Positions 49,126 through 57,899 of a stretch of DNA of 64,000 bases are shown here, in pieces; position 1 is the first letter of the stretch; each line of letters begins with the position of its first letter. Both the position numbers and the translations under genes were made by a program. This DNA comes from a virus. The stretch is taken from positions 5,398 to 69,397 of IMG/VR virus record IMGVR_UViG_3300028831_000484; one strand, written 5' to 3'. The notes under the pieces are model-generated. The model saw only the letters and a list, made by a program, of their open reading frames with translations. It was not told the origin of the DNA and searched no databases.

Positions 49126-49752
49126 GTGAAAACCATTGCGCCAGGTGACAAATTCGGGCGATTAACAATCGTCTCAGTAATTCCAAGGAATAATGGAGAA
49201 AAGATTCTTTATCAACGATACTTGGCGCAGTGCGAGTGCGGAAGAACATCAAAGCCATTTCACTATGGTCTTTTGAGCGGGCAATCAAGAAGTTGTCGAT
49301 GCTTAGCCATTGATCGAAGCACAACTCATGGCATGACTCATTCCGTAGAATACAGAGTATGGGTGGACATGCACAAGCGATGCGGCAATCCAAGCTTATC
49401 ATATTTTAAGTATTACGGTGGACGCGGGATTAAGGTATGTAAACGATGGAAAAAATTTGAGAATTTTTTCGAAGACATGGGACCTCGGCCGTCACCAAAG
49501 CACCAACTTGAGCGAAACGACAACAGCGGAAATTACTGCAAGAAGAATTGCTGTTGGGCTACGAGCATCCAACAAGTCCAAAACAGAAGAACAACACTGC
49601 GCTTCACAAACGACGGTGTCACGTTAACACTGATGGAATGGTCGAAGAAAATCGGCATCGACTATCTTTGCTTATGGCATCGCATTACAAAATTGCACTG
49701 GAGTTTTGCAAAAGCGATCAATACGCCAGTTCGTAAGAAAGCCAAGCCATGA
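49126..49752 (+). CDS. HNH homing endonuclease (YGGRG family)
   Basis: YYGGRGIKVCKRW...LERNDNSGNYCKKNCCWAT. Confidence 0.87.
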   Translation: MKTIAPGDKFGRLTIVSVIPRNNGEKILYQRYLAQCECGRTSKPFHYGLLSGQSRSCRCLAIDRSTTHGMTHSVEYRVWVDMHKRCGNPSLSYFKYYGGRGIKVCKRWKKFENFFEDMGPRPSPKHQLERNDNSGNYCKKNCCWATSIQQVQNRRTTLRFTNDGVTLTLMEWSKKIGIDYLCLWHRITKLHWSFAKAINTPVRKKAKP

Positions 49753-50033
49753 TCCAAAAAGTCATCTGCATGACGTGCAACGAGACCAAGAAAGGGTTAT
49801 TCCCTGAAGACAGAGAATGCGGGTGGCGAGAGCGAATTGTTACAATTGAAATTAAAACACCCGAAACGTTTCCACTAGACAATGTCATGTGCGACGAGTG
49901 CAATGCGATACTACATGACGGGGTGCGAGCCAAGGGAATCACGAACTGGAACATCAACAAAGAAACACGACCTGGCAGATGGGAAGACATGTTCGGAGAA
50001 GTAATCTACGAAGACCATGAAGACGCTACATAA
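49749..50033 (+). CDS. hypothetical CxxC protein
   Basis: CMTC and CDEC motifs; ATGA overlap. Confidence 0.55.
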   Translation: MIQKVICMTCNETKKGLFPEDRECGWRERIVTIEIKTPETFPLDNVMCDECNAILHDGVRAKGITNWNINKETRPGRWEDMFGEVIYEDHEDAT

Positions 50034-50301
50034 CTCAACAGTAAGCGGAGCGAAGAAGAACGTGCCTGATTTAAAGGTTGTCGGCAACGGCGACACGTTT
50101 AAGCTGCTCTGCAAAGCTTATTCGCAGGATGAAGGCTGGATGAAATCGACAAAAGCAATGGAGATACCCGGCGTAGGGTGCGTTGTGCAGGTGACGACGC
50201 AACAGGGCGATAACGTAGCCGAGGCCGTCTGCTTTGTTCCCGGCGTTGAAATCCAGCAGGACATCAACGGCGGATGCAAGCTTGGCCAAATGACAAAATG
50301 A
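50017..50301 (+). CDS. conserved phage hypothetical protein
   Basis: FKLLCKAYSQDEGWMKSTKAMEIPGVGCVVQVTTQ, recalled from other phages. Confidence 0.65.
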   Translation: MKTLHNSTVSGAKKNVPDLKVVGNGDTFKLLCKAYSQDEGWMKSTKAMEIPGVGCVVQVTTQQGDNVAEAVCFVPGVEIQQDINGGCKLGQMTK

Positions 50302-50395
50302 CTTTTACAAGGCGAACGATGCCAATGTAAAAAGGAGCGGCGGCTGGTCCCGCTGATAGCCGTTGCTATACGGCGCCACGCCGCTCCCGCGATTT

Positions 50396-50953
50396 ATGAG
50401 TGATTACCTGGAAGTCCTAGTTGGAGCAGCGAAGTCTATTTCGGACATCTACAAAAAGCAGGCCGTCGTCATTCTATCATGGGACGAAGAGCACCAGGTG
50501 GTGCACACGACAACTTACGGGATTGAACTGGTTAATAAGTTTCGTGCTGCAAACTGGGGTGAAATTTGCACAACTGCCATTGTCGATCAACTTCGACATT
50601 TCAAACGAGAAATCGAAAATCTTCGCGCTGACGTGGATCGTTTTCACAAAGAACGCCAAGAGTTACGAACCATCCTTGGTGCGGGCGGCATGGACTTCGA
50701 AGGTGACAGCTTGTTGGTATCAGCGCAGAAAGCCATGGCGGAGATCATTAAACTTCGTTCCATGGAAACCAAGTGGAAGAAATCGTTGGACTGGTCTGAG
50801 CAGGCCAGGTTGGAATGGTTGAAGGAATTCGACGGTTACAGGAAACGCATTGCGGAGCTGGAAGGGTTCATGAACCGCGCACTGCATGACCAAACGCCCG
50901 GACTGCTGTGCAAACCAGACTGCCCGCGCTGTGCCTACGAGAAAACGAAATGA
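50396..50953 (+). CDS. coiled-coil hypothetical protein
   Basis: Heptad-rich; C-terminal CKPDCPRC. Confidence 0.6.
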   Translation: MSDYLEVLVGAAKSISDIYKKQAVVILSWDEEHQVVHTTTYGIELVNKFRAANWGEICTTAIVDQLRHFKREIENLRADVDRFHKERQELRTILGAGGMDFEGDSLLVSAQKAMAEIIKLRSMETKWKKSLDWSEQARLEWLKEFDGYRKRIAELEGFMNRALHDQTPGLLCKPDCPRCAYEKTK

Positions 50954-51243
50954 CTGAATACACCCACACCTGCTGCGTATGCGGACACGTTTGGGAGCAA
51001 CCGCCAAAAGACTGGAAAAAGACGCGCACTGCGGTCACGGTCAACAAGGACGGGCCGTATTGCGAAGGATGCAGAACCGGGATTGAGTTTTTGAGGATTG
51101 CAAGGGTAAGAAAAAAAGCACCGATTGTTTGGTTGAACGATCTAGCCGAAAGAGAACTGCTCAATGAATACGAATTTAAATACGAACAAGCTACGACCCG
51201 ATCTGCCACCATTGACACCACGGATAGCCAAGCTGCCGATTGA
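50950..51243 (+). CDS. hypothetical Zn-finger-like protein
   Basis: CCVCGH...YCEGC; ATGA overlap. Confidence 0.55.
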   Translation: MTEYTHTCCVCGHVWEQPPKDWKKTRTAVTVNKDGPYCEGCRTGIEFLRIARVRKKAPIVWLNDLAERELLNEYEFKYEQATTRSATIDTTDSQAAD

Positions 51244-51252
51244 TGAGCGATC

Positions 51253-51849
51253 ATGAGGGACGGCAGACAAAAACACCCACTCTACCAGACGTGGCGCGGG
51301 ATGCTAAGACGCTGTGAGAAGCCAACCGCAACCGGCTACAAAAACTACGGTGGACGTGGCATTGAGGTCTGTGAACGCTGGCACAACTTTTGGATGTTCA
51401 TTGAAGACATTGGACCGAAGCCAGGATCTGACTACCAGCTTGAACGAAAGAACAACGACGGCAATTACGAACCAGGCAACGTCAAGTGGGCGACAACTAA
51501 AGAGCAGACCAGGAACGCAAGATACAACAAACCAATGACAGTTGCCGGAACAACGAAGATCATGTCGGATTGGGCTAACGGCAATGGCATTCCGAAAAGC
51601 ACACTGTTCAATCGGCTGAAACGCGGACTGTCGCACGAGCAAGCCATCATGAAGCCAATACAATTCAAGGCCGAAGCCGGTTCAGTGGTTCCGCTCGGGG
51701 CGCGAGCGATTGCACTTGAACGAGGCATAAAAATTGAAACACTCCACAGCCGAATGCGCCGTGGATGGTCGTTGCACGATGCACTTAACGCGCCAGTAGG
51801 ACCACAACACGGAGGAAATTATGGAACAAAAATACAAAGTCAGAGCTGA
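51253..51849 (+). CDS. HNH homing endonuclease (YGGRG family)
   Basis: YGGRGIEVCERW...LERKNNDGNYEPGNVKWAT. Confidence 0.87.
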   Translation: MRDGRQKHPLYQTWRGMLRRCEKPTATGYKNYGGRGIEVCERWHNFWMFIEDIGPKPGSDYQLERKNNDGNYEPGNVKWATTKEQTRNARYNKPMTVAGTTKIMSDWANGNGIPKSTLFNRLKRGLSHEQAIMKPIQFKAEAGSVVPLGARAIALERGIKIETLHSRMRRGWSLHDALNAPVGPQHGGNYGTKIQSQS

Positions 51850-52474
51850 TCTACCACCAGCTCCGCCACGAATTGCAAAGCTACCAGTGGACGAACGCGG
51901 GTTTTACATACCGTGGTTCGTGCCATTTATTAACGGTAAACCTGAATTCCGCATGGCCGATGCTGAGAAATGGATCGAAGCAATCCAAAAGCACCTGTGT
52001 TGGACATGTGGGCAACCGATGGGAAGGTTCAGTTCGTTTGTGCTCGGTCCTATGTGTTCCATCACCCGCACCACATCCGAACCGCCCCTGCACCAGGAGT
52101 GCGCGCAGTGGACCGTTAAGGGATGTCCGTTCCTGTCGAAGCCGCAAATGGTGCGCCGGGAGGACGCGTTGACGGAAGCCAACAAGGGCAACGTGGCCGG
52201 TGAAATGATTGAGCGCAACCCCGGCGCCACGGCAATATGGACGACAAGGGAGTTCAAACTTTTTAGCGACAACAAGAGAAAGCCATTGATTCGGGTTGGT
52301 GAACCAACCGAAGTAACCTGGTGGCGGCTGGGCAGAGAAGCAACACGGGAAGAAGTGCTCGAAAGCGTTAACTCCGGCTATCCGATACTGGCTGCAACAT
52401 GCAAGGGGGATCCGGAATGTTTAAGTGATTTACACGAGGCTCGGCAACGTGCGATTAAATATCTACCTAAATGA
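51821..52474 (+). CDS. conserved phage Cys-rich protein
   Basis: PWFV..GKPEFR...LCWTCG...GPMC...EPPLHQECA...CPFL. Confidence 0.7.
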   Translation: MEQKYKVRADLPPAPPRIAKLPVDERGFYIPWFVPFINGKPEFRMADAEKWIEAIQKHLCWTCGQPMGRFSSFVLGPMCSITRTTSEPPLHQECAQWTVKGCPFLSKPQMVRREDALTEANKGNVAGEMIERNPGATAIWTTREFKLFSDNKRKPLIRVGEPTEVTWWRLGREATREEVLESVNSGYPILAATCKGDPECLSDLHEARQRAIKYLPK

Positions 52475-52668
52475 CAACCGTACCAGGCATTCAACAAATC
52501 GGTTGCAAGATATGGGCGGAGCGTCTTCCATCAGGCGATATTCAGCTCAACGCAGAGTTCGCTGACGATGGGACGTGGTGCAGGGACTATTTTCGGTTCC
52601 CGCGTATTTCAGCAGAAGATGCACACGAACTTGCCGAGTTTATTTGTAATACGGAAAGGATTGATTAA
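52471..52668 (+). CDS. small hypothetical protein
   Basis: Chained ORF. Confidence 0.55.
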   Translation: MTTVPGIQQIGCKIWAERLPSGDIQLNAEFADDGTWCRDYFRFPRISAEDAHELAEFICNTERID

Positions 52669-52670
52669 CT

Positions 52671-52928
52671 ATGGCAAAGTTATCACCAGAAGAAGAAGCA
52701 ACGCGCAGGTTCTGCAAAGCCTACTGGGCTTGGCTGCGAAGGGACCTTGTGGAGGAACCACTGCCGGTAGACTTCGGCGTTGACCCGCAGTTCGGTGAAG
52801 CAGTGGCCAGGCAGATTCACATAGAATTCGAAGATCGTGTTATGCAGAAGACTTTGGCTAACCTGCCTCAACGGCCAGTCAAGAGAAGCGCTAGCAACAA
52901 TTCAGACGAACGCAAACCGATGTTGTAG
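52671..52928 (+). CDS. small hypothetical protein
   Basis: Chained ORF; its 3' end overlaps a guide-like unit. Confidence 0.55.
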   Translation: MAKLSPEEEATRRFCKAYWAWLRRDLVEEPLPVDFGVDPQFGEAVARQIHIEFEDRVMQKTLANLPQRPVKRSASNNSDERKPML

Positions 52929-53151
52929 CATTCAAAATACAAGTTAGCAACATAGCCACAGTGAACAAGCACGAGCTACAGGAGGAATACCAGTATCGCT
53001 ACGACGAGCGGCTTGGTATCTTTTGCGGAAATAACGAACCTACCGTTGAACAAAAAGCCATTGCCACCGAAGAGGCAGAGCAATGGTTAGAGGAGGAGAT
53101 GGAACGAAGTCAAATGCCGGGATAGCAACAAACCTGTTATACGTCGCGCCA
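52877..53151 (+). repeat. TIGR-like mini-array 4 (3 dispersed units)
   Basis: agtca-N10-tagcaaca at 52877/52892 and 53108/53123; attca-N10-tagcaaca at 52930/52945. Confidence 0.65.
52961..53125 (+). CDS. 54-aa acidic hypothetical protein (not in the ORF track)
   Basis: GTG start; NKHELQEEYQYRYDERLGIFCG...; lies between guide-like units. Confidence 0.5.
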   Translation: MNKHELQEEYQYRYDERLGIFCGNNEPTVEQKAIATEEAEQWLEEEMERSQMPG

Positions 53152-53175
53152 TTAACTTGGCGCGTTTCTTTTACA

Positions 53176-53391
53176 TCACCCACCGGTTGCTGGCGGAGGA
53201 GGCCCGCCAAACGCTGAAGGAGGATTGTCCGCCATCCAATCATCGTAACTTTTATTGACCCGCGCACGCAACGCTTCCCAATCGGCCTGCGTTGGCTCGC
53301 CGCTGGCAAATAAAACCTTAAACTCGGCCACCAGCTCCGGCGCCAGCTTCAACGCAGCCTCGATGATCTGTAACGCCAAAATTGCATTCAT
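53176..53391 (-). CDS. small hypothetical protein
   Basis: ATGA overlap with the upstream gene. Confidence 0.6.
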   Translation of the reverse strand: MNAILALQIIEAALKLAPELVAEFKVLFASGEPTQADWEALRARVNKSYDDWMADNPPSAFGGPPPPATGG

Positions 53392-53768
53392 GGTTTTGAT
53401 TGGACGAAGGCTTTAATCACGGAGACCAGATCGGCCTGCGCGTTCATAACCAGCGTAATGGTGTTTTGAAGGCTGGATGTGTCGTTCGTTTTGACGCCAG
53501 CCTCGGCCAGGTCGATAAGCAGGTTCATCGACTTTTGATACTTACCGTAGGCACCCCGGACCTTGTCCTGTTGTTCAGGGGTTGCCTTGCCGGAGTCAAC
53601 GTAGGTCTTCCACAAGGTCATCGCCGCCTCCACGGACAACACGGCGGCTCCGGAAGTCTTGTAGCTCGTTTGTTGAAAGGATTTACAACCTTGTGGCGCC
53701 AGGCCCAGGAACCCAACGCAAAACAAAAGGAGCACCGATAGGACCACCGAACGAGCTTGAATCTTCAT
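53388..53768 (-). CDS. putative lipoprotein / exported helical protein
   Basis: Hydrophobic leader ending ..LAPQGC; preceded by the palindrome. Confidence 0.6.
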   Translation of the reverse strand: MKIQARSVVLSVLLLFCVGFLGLAPQGCKSFQQTSYKTSGAAVLSVEAAMTLWKTYVDSGKATPEQQDKVRGAYGKYQKSMNLLIDLAEAGVKTNDTSSLQNTITLVMNAQADLVSVIKAFVQSKP

Positions 53769-53773
53769 GCACT

Positions 53774-53795
53774 GTCACCCTAAACTTAGGGGATG
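53774..53795. promoter_or_regulatory. 22-bp palindrome copy (degenerate second arm)
   Basis: gtcaccct-aaactt-aggggatg, 5 nt before the ATG at 53768. Confidence 0.55.
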
Positions 53796-54098
53796 AACAG
53801 TGTCAATGTTAAAGCTTGGTGGCGGTTAATTTCAATAACCTGTCCGACTTGGAGGCAAAAGTTCAGGCTTTTTCTGCACATGATGAAGCGGGCGCGAGCC
53901 GGTTTCGTAACTCCAAGCATCAGACGGCAACGCCTGGCGGTCTGTGAACAATGCCCGATTTATTGCCCTGAACTCCAAAGTTGTGGCACAATCGAAAGCA
54001 AGCTTGGCTGCAAATGTTACGTGCCGATCCTGACTTGGTTCAAGGGCAGTTGCTGGGCGAAAACAGATTTCCCTGAATCGGAGCTGGGTTGGGATTGA
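53793..54098 (+). CDS. Cys-rich small phage protein
   Basis: RLAVCEQC...CG...GCKC...CW pattern. Confidence 0.55.
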   Translation: MNSVNVKAWWRLISITCPTWRQKFRLFLHMMKRARAGFVTPSIRRQRLAVCEQCPIYCPELQSCGTIESKLGCKCYVPILTWFKGSCWAKTDFPESELGWD

Positions 54099-54900
54099 TT
54101 TTCCAAGCCAACCCCCTGAGTATTCGACTAACGTTTCCGCCATTGTTGTTGAACCTTTTGGCAATAGCGTCAACAGTCCAACCGTCTTTTCTTAGTTGGT
54201 GCATCTGTCTAACGATTTCCACACTAAGCGCGGTTTTGCTTTGATTGTAGTTCTGTTCGGCACGAGTTGCAAAACGACAGTTGCCGGGTTCATAGTCCCC
54301 ATCGTTGTCAATCCTCTCGATTGTTAAGTCGGGCTTCCAGCCGTGATTTTTCGCCCAAGCGTAAAACACATCGAAGCTGCACGCCCACTGCTCGCAGACC
54401 TTTATTCCACGCAGATAATAATACTTTCGTTCGCCCTCATTTGCCTTTGAGGAACACCTTCTTAACATCCCTCGCCAGATCCGCTTTAACTTTTTGTAGT
54501 CAGGCAGGAGCACTGGCTTTGGTGGTTTTACTTCTGGAATCTTTTTGGGTCTCAACTCCCACGCTTTCTTTTGCGCGCAATTGAAGCATCTAACGCTGAC
54601 TTTCTTTGGACTAGAATATGTAACCAGTTTTTCCTTCCCACAATCAACACATCGAACAATATACGTCCAGTGCTTCCCAACTTGGTTGGCTCGCTGAACA
54701 CCATCAATGAAAATCCGCCTGTGTGACGAACTGCAAGCGTGCGAGCAGTAAAGTCGATGCCTGAAGTGTTCTATCGGTTCGATTCGTCCCGAAGATAATC
54801 GGCCGCGAGAAAAAGATTTGCCGCAATGCTGGCAAATTTTGTCAGGCAATGGAATTAGTGCTGACACTTGGCTGGGAGTAGGCGAATTCCATTTGGTCAT
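54040..54900 (-). CDS. HNH homing endonuclease (YGGRG-like) with N-terminal Zn fingers
   Basis: CQHCGK..YCSHAC; RGIKVCEQW; TIERIDNDGDYEPGNCRFAT. Confidence 0.85.
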   Translation of the reverse strand: MTKWNSPTPSQVSALIPLPDKICQHCGKSFSRGRLSSGRIEPIEHFRHRLYCSHACSSSHRRIFIDGVQRANQVGKHWTYIVRCVDCGKEKLVTYSSPKKVSVRCFNCAQKKAWELRPKKIPEVKPPKPVLLPDYKKLKRIWRGMLRRCSSKANEGERKYYYLRGIKVCEQWACSFDVFYAWAKNHGWKPDLTIERIDNDGDYEPGNCRFATRAEQNYNQSKTALSVEIVRQMHQLRKDGWTVDAIAKRFNNNGGNVSRILRGLAWKINPNPAPIQGNLFSPSNCP

Positions 54901-55222
54901 CCTTTTGGAACGAAGCGGCCGGGGAAGCTTTAAGGTTGGCTCCGTAGAGCGCGCCGAATTTGTTAACTCGACGTAGCAAGGTAGCCCTCCTTGCCCTCAT
55001 CACCTCCCCGGCCTTTTTCAGCTCACACCAGACGGGGTGTACAACCCGGCACCCTTCACAGTATTGAGCCGGATCTTCGAAGACCTGCCAGCAGTTCGGA
55101 TCGTTGGTGCACGGATGATCAGCGCGCAAGTCGTTCCTTTGTTTACGAAACGCGGAAACTTTTTCGTAAGCTTCCCCGAAGGCGATGCCCGCCTTGGCAA
55201 TGTTAATGAGTTCTTTGTTCAT
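54842..55222 (-). CDS. hypothetical protein
   Basis: Starts immediately after array 2. Confidence 0.55.
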   Translation of the reverse strand: MNKELINIAKAGIAFGEAYEKVSAFRKQRNDLRADHPCTNDPNCWQVFEDPAQYCEGCRVVHPVWCELKKAGEVMRARRATLLRRVNKFGALYGANLKASPAASFQKDDQMEFAYSQPSVSTNSIA

Positions 55223-55224
55223 GA

Positions 55225-56030
55225 TGACTACGCTCTGCCATTTTGTTGCGAATGCTGCTCCTGGCTATCGAACAACCATATTGTTGCTATCACTGTCTCT
55301 GTCTTTTAACTATTCATTCTTGGGCTTTGTTGCCATTTCCACTTGCGGCTGCGTGCTACGAGCTTGTTGCGATTTGCCGTTATAACTACTTCATTACCGT
55401 GTTGCTACTTGGTGCTGTGGTTACGAGCTTTCGCCTTGTTGCTATTCAGCATGATGCCTTCGTGCACACTGTTTGTTGCGAACTGGTTGTTTGACTGCGT
55501 TCGGGATTTTTGTTGCCATCTGCTGCTACGACTTCATACGACGTTCCGGTTGCAAACCTCTTCTGTGATTGCGTGCCTTCTCTCTGTTGCCATCGGGCTT
55601 AGTGACTTCATTCGCGGCAAATGTTGCCATCACAGTCTGCGGCTGCGTGCTCATTATATGTTGCCATCAGGATTCATGACTTCGTGCTCGGTGAACGTTG
55701 CTATCGACACCCTTAACTACGCTCTTCGGCATTGTCGCCATCATTATTCTTGGCTGCACTCGTCTGGTCTGTTGCGATTCAAGCGCGTGATTAACGCATG
55801 AGCTTTCTGTCGCTATTTGCTACGTTGGCTTCGTTCGCTCAGGGATCTTGTCGCTATCCAGCATATTGGCTGCGCGTGTAACGTTCTTGTTGCGATGCTC
55901 CTTCATGACTACGTTTTATGAACACGGCATTATTGTTGCGATTCCTCACCATGGCTACGCTTTGTGCTCCTGTTGCAATTTCCCATCGTAACTACGTTCG
56001 GCCAATTTGTTGCGATCTTGTGATGTGACT
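55225..56030 (-). repeat. TIGR-like dual-repeat guide array 2 (21 units)
   Basis: TGT(T/C)GC-type motif on + at 55244,55282,55328,55365,55400,55437,55474,55511,55548,55585,55622,55659,55696,55733,55770,55808,55849,55888,55934,55971,56008; mostly 37-nt period; same consensus as array 1. Confidence 0.9.
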
Positions 56031-56040
56031 GGGTTATGGG

Positions 56041-56412
56041 TTACGATGGAGGCTGACGTAAACGTTGCAGCCTGTCAATCTCCGCCGCGATTAAAGCTCC
56101 GGCTTTGATCAAGTTGTAAATCGGGTCTGGAGACGGTTTCCACCACTCAGACCCCCATGGCCAGGTTACCTGCTCTGGCTTGCATTCCGAATACTCCATC
56201 GGGTAACAATTCTCGTCTATGCCGCGTGCCGAATTGAGCGTGTGGAGAACATGCGTTCCGTCCGGTCCAAGCGCGTAACACGCAGCGGCAATGCGAAGCT
56301 GCCCGTCGAAGTGTTCGTTGTCGTGCTCCTCCGTCCATCCTTCGCCTCCATGGTCCTTCGGGGCCTTTTGGCGTTCTCGTTCTGCTGCGATGAGTTCGAT
56401 TCCAGTTTTCAT
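56041..56412 (-). CDS. conserved phage protein (IAAERxRQ..EGWT.EHD family)
   Basis: ELIAAERERQ...EGWTEEHDNEH..GQLRIAAACYA...LIKAGALIAAEIDRLQR. Confidence 0.75.
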   Translation of the reverse strand: MKTGIELIAAERERQKAPKDHGGEGWTEEHDNEHFDGQLRIAAACYALGPDGTHVLHTLNSARGIDENCYPMEYSECKPEQVTWPWGSEWWKPSPDPIYNLIKAGALIAAEIDRLQRLRQPPS

Positions 56413-56678
56413 AAAGCCGGTGGTTCGGGTTCTTGGGGGAACGGCAAAACGCCGCAATGCAGGATCCTGTCCTTGCCGAATTCGGCCAAGCCCAAACAGG
56501 CCATCGCTCCGCCGTGCCAATAGCAGGTGTGCGCGTTGCACCGGTCCCCCTTCTCATCCTCTGTCTCCCAGTCCAAAGCAATGAGCACATGCTCGAAGTG
56601 TTCGCCAAGCAGGGAAAAGGCTTTGCGGATCGCATCCCGCTGGGCAGGCGTCATGTCATCGGGGTATTTGGCGCTCAT
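56409..56678 (-). CDS. hypothetical protein
   Basis: ATGA-chained. Confidence 0.6.
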   Translation of the reverse strand: MSAKYPDDMTPAQRDAIRKAFSLLGEHFEHVLIALDWETEDEKGDRCNAHTCYWHGGAMACLGLAEFGKDRILHCGVLPFPQEPEPPAL

Positions 56679-56998
56679 GGCTCAGCCCAAGATTCTCCAC
56701 GAACTGCCTTGTCGAACAGTTCTTCAGCCCGCGCAAGAAGAACCGGCGCTTTGGCGTATTTACCATATTCAGTATGGCCCGCTAATATCTCGCGCTCAGG
56801 TAGTTGGCTGCCGTCTGGAAAGGTTCTGGCTTTTGCAATGCGAATCTTGTGCACCTCGTAATACTTCACCGGCCCTTCAATGCTTTCGTAGATGACCGCC
56901 TTTCGGCAGGCAGAAATCTTCAATAGCCTGAGCCGATATTTGCCATTCAAGAATTCCAGTGGGACTTTCGTTTTATCGACCTGGTTCGTTGTTCTCAT
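56675..56998 (-). CDS. hypothetical protein
   Basis: ATGA-chained; YEV...FPDG...E..GKYA pattern. Confidence 0.6.
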   Translation of the reverse strand: MRTTNQVDKTKVPLEFLNGKYRLRLLKISACRKAVIYESIEGPVKYYEVHKIRIAKARTFPDGSQLPEREILAGHTEYGKYAKAPVLLARAEELFDKAVRGESWAEP

Positions 56999-57024
56999 AA
57001 AAACGCTAAAAACGCTAAAAACGC
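56998..57024. repeat. 3 x 9-bp tandem repeat TAAAAACGC
   Basis: Exact copies at 56998, 57007, 57016, abutting a start codon. Confidence 0.8.
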
Positions 57025-57141
57025 ATTAGAGGGTTGGAGGAGCGATCCTGATTTGTGGTGCGCCCCTTTTTACCAATCGGGCGGCAAACGCATTTACGGG
57101 TACCTGCCTCGTGACGCATTGCATGGTTCTGGCACTGTTCT

Positions 57142-57591
57142 TCATGGCGGCACGTCCTTGTAATCCCAGCCTCCATCTGCCCCACGTCTGACCATCCGAA
57201 ACTTGATCATGGGGTACATCCGGGCCACCACCTTGACCTTGACCCATGAATCTTCCCACATATGCGCCCCCTTCACCTCGTATCCCAACCAGTTCCCCAG
57301 CTCGTCTATGCAGATGAAATCGCAAGTGTACCGGCACTTGTCCGCAAGCTTCAACGTAACCGATTGCACGTAAATCTTCGGATACCCCTGCTGCAACAAA
57401 TGCAGGTAAAACGCCCGCTCCAGCTTGTTCAACCCGTCCACGTCCTTCGATTGGCGAACGAGCAGCTTTTGCAGTTCCCGGCCGGGCGCCGGGTTGTCCA
57501 GCACGTAACGGCTCATCGGCGTGCTCTCCGGGTTCAAGGCCGGGTTCTTGGCCAGGAACTTGCGATACTGCTCGTCCGTCCATCGTGGCAT
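57142..57591 (-). CDS. PD-(D/E)XK endonuclease (DUF1064 / resolvase-like)
   Basis: NKLERAFY...RYTCDF...YEVKG. Confidence 0.75.
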   Translation of the reverse strand: MPRWTDEQYRKFLAKNPALNPESTPMSRYVLDNPAPGRELQKLLVRQSKDVDGLNKLERAFYLHLLQQGYPKIYVQSVTLKLADKCRYTCDFICIDELGNWLGYEVKGAHMWEDSWVKVKVVARMYPMIKFRMVRRGADGGWDYKDVPP

Positions 57592-57617
57592 GTAAGTTGT
57601 TGACGTTTAACTACTTA

Positions 57618-57875
57618 TCAAAAAGGTACATCGTCACTGTCATCCATCGGCGGAGGCGCAGGTTTGTTTACGGCCGGTGCGCTGCGTTCCTTGGGCAATT
57701 GCAGGTTCAGGGTCATGAACTTCTTCCCGTTCTGACTTTCCTTGATCCATCCGGCCATGCGATATTCCACGCCTTTGACCGTCATTTTGCCCGTATAATC
57801 AGGCCGTTTATCGCCCGGTTCCTTCTCCTCGTTTCTGAAGAGGATCCCGCTCATGTCGTAGGTTTTTTCTGCCAT
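57618..57875 (-). CDS. small SSB-like protein
   Basis: GILFRNEEK...RPDYTG...AGWIKE; acidic DDSDDVPF tail. Confidence 0.72.
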   Translation of the reverse strand: MAEKTYDMSGILFRNEEKEPGDKRPDYTGKMTVKGVEYRMAGWIKESQNGKKFMTLNLQLPKERSAPAVNKPAPPPMDDSDDVPF

Positions 57876-57899
57876 AGTTCCTTCCTTTTTTGTTCCTTT

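Noticed and set aside
50314-50392. Degenerate guide units (tgcca/agccg with similar spacing)
   Set aside because: Loop motifs deviate too far from TNGCRACA.
52250-52290. Extra guide unit (tagcgaca...agcca)
   Set aside because: Wrong spacing on both sides and inside a conserved coding region.
55243-55801. ORFs 55243-55494 and 55343-55801 (also 722-949, 802-993)
   Set aside because: Translations of the repeat arrays; no start context or protein-like composition.
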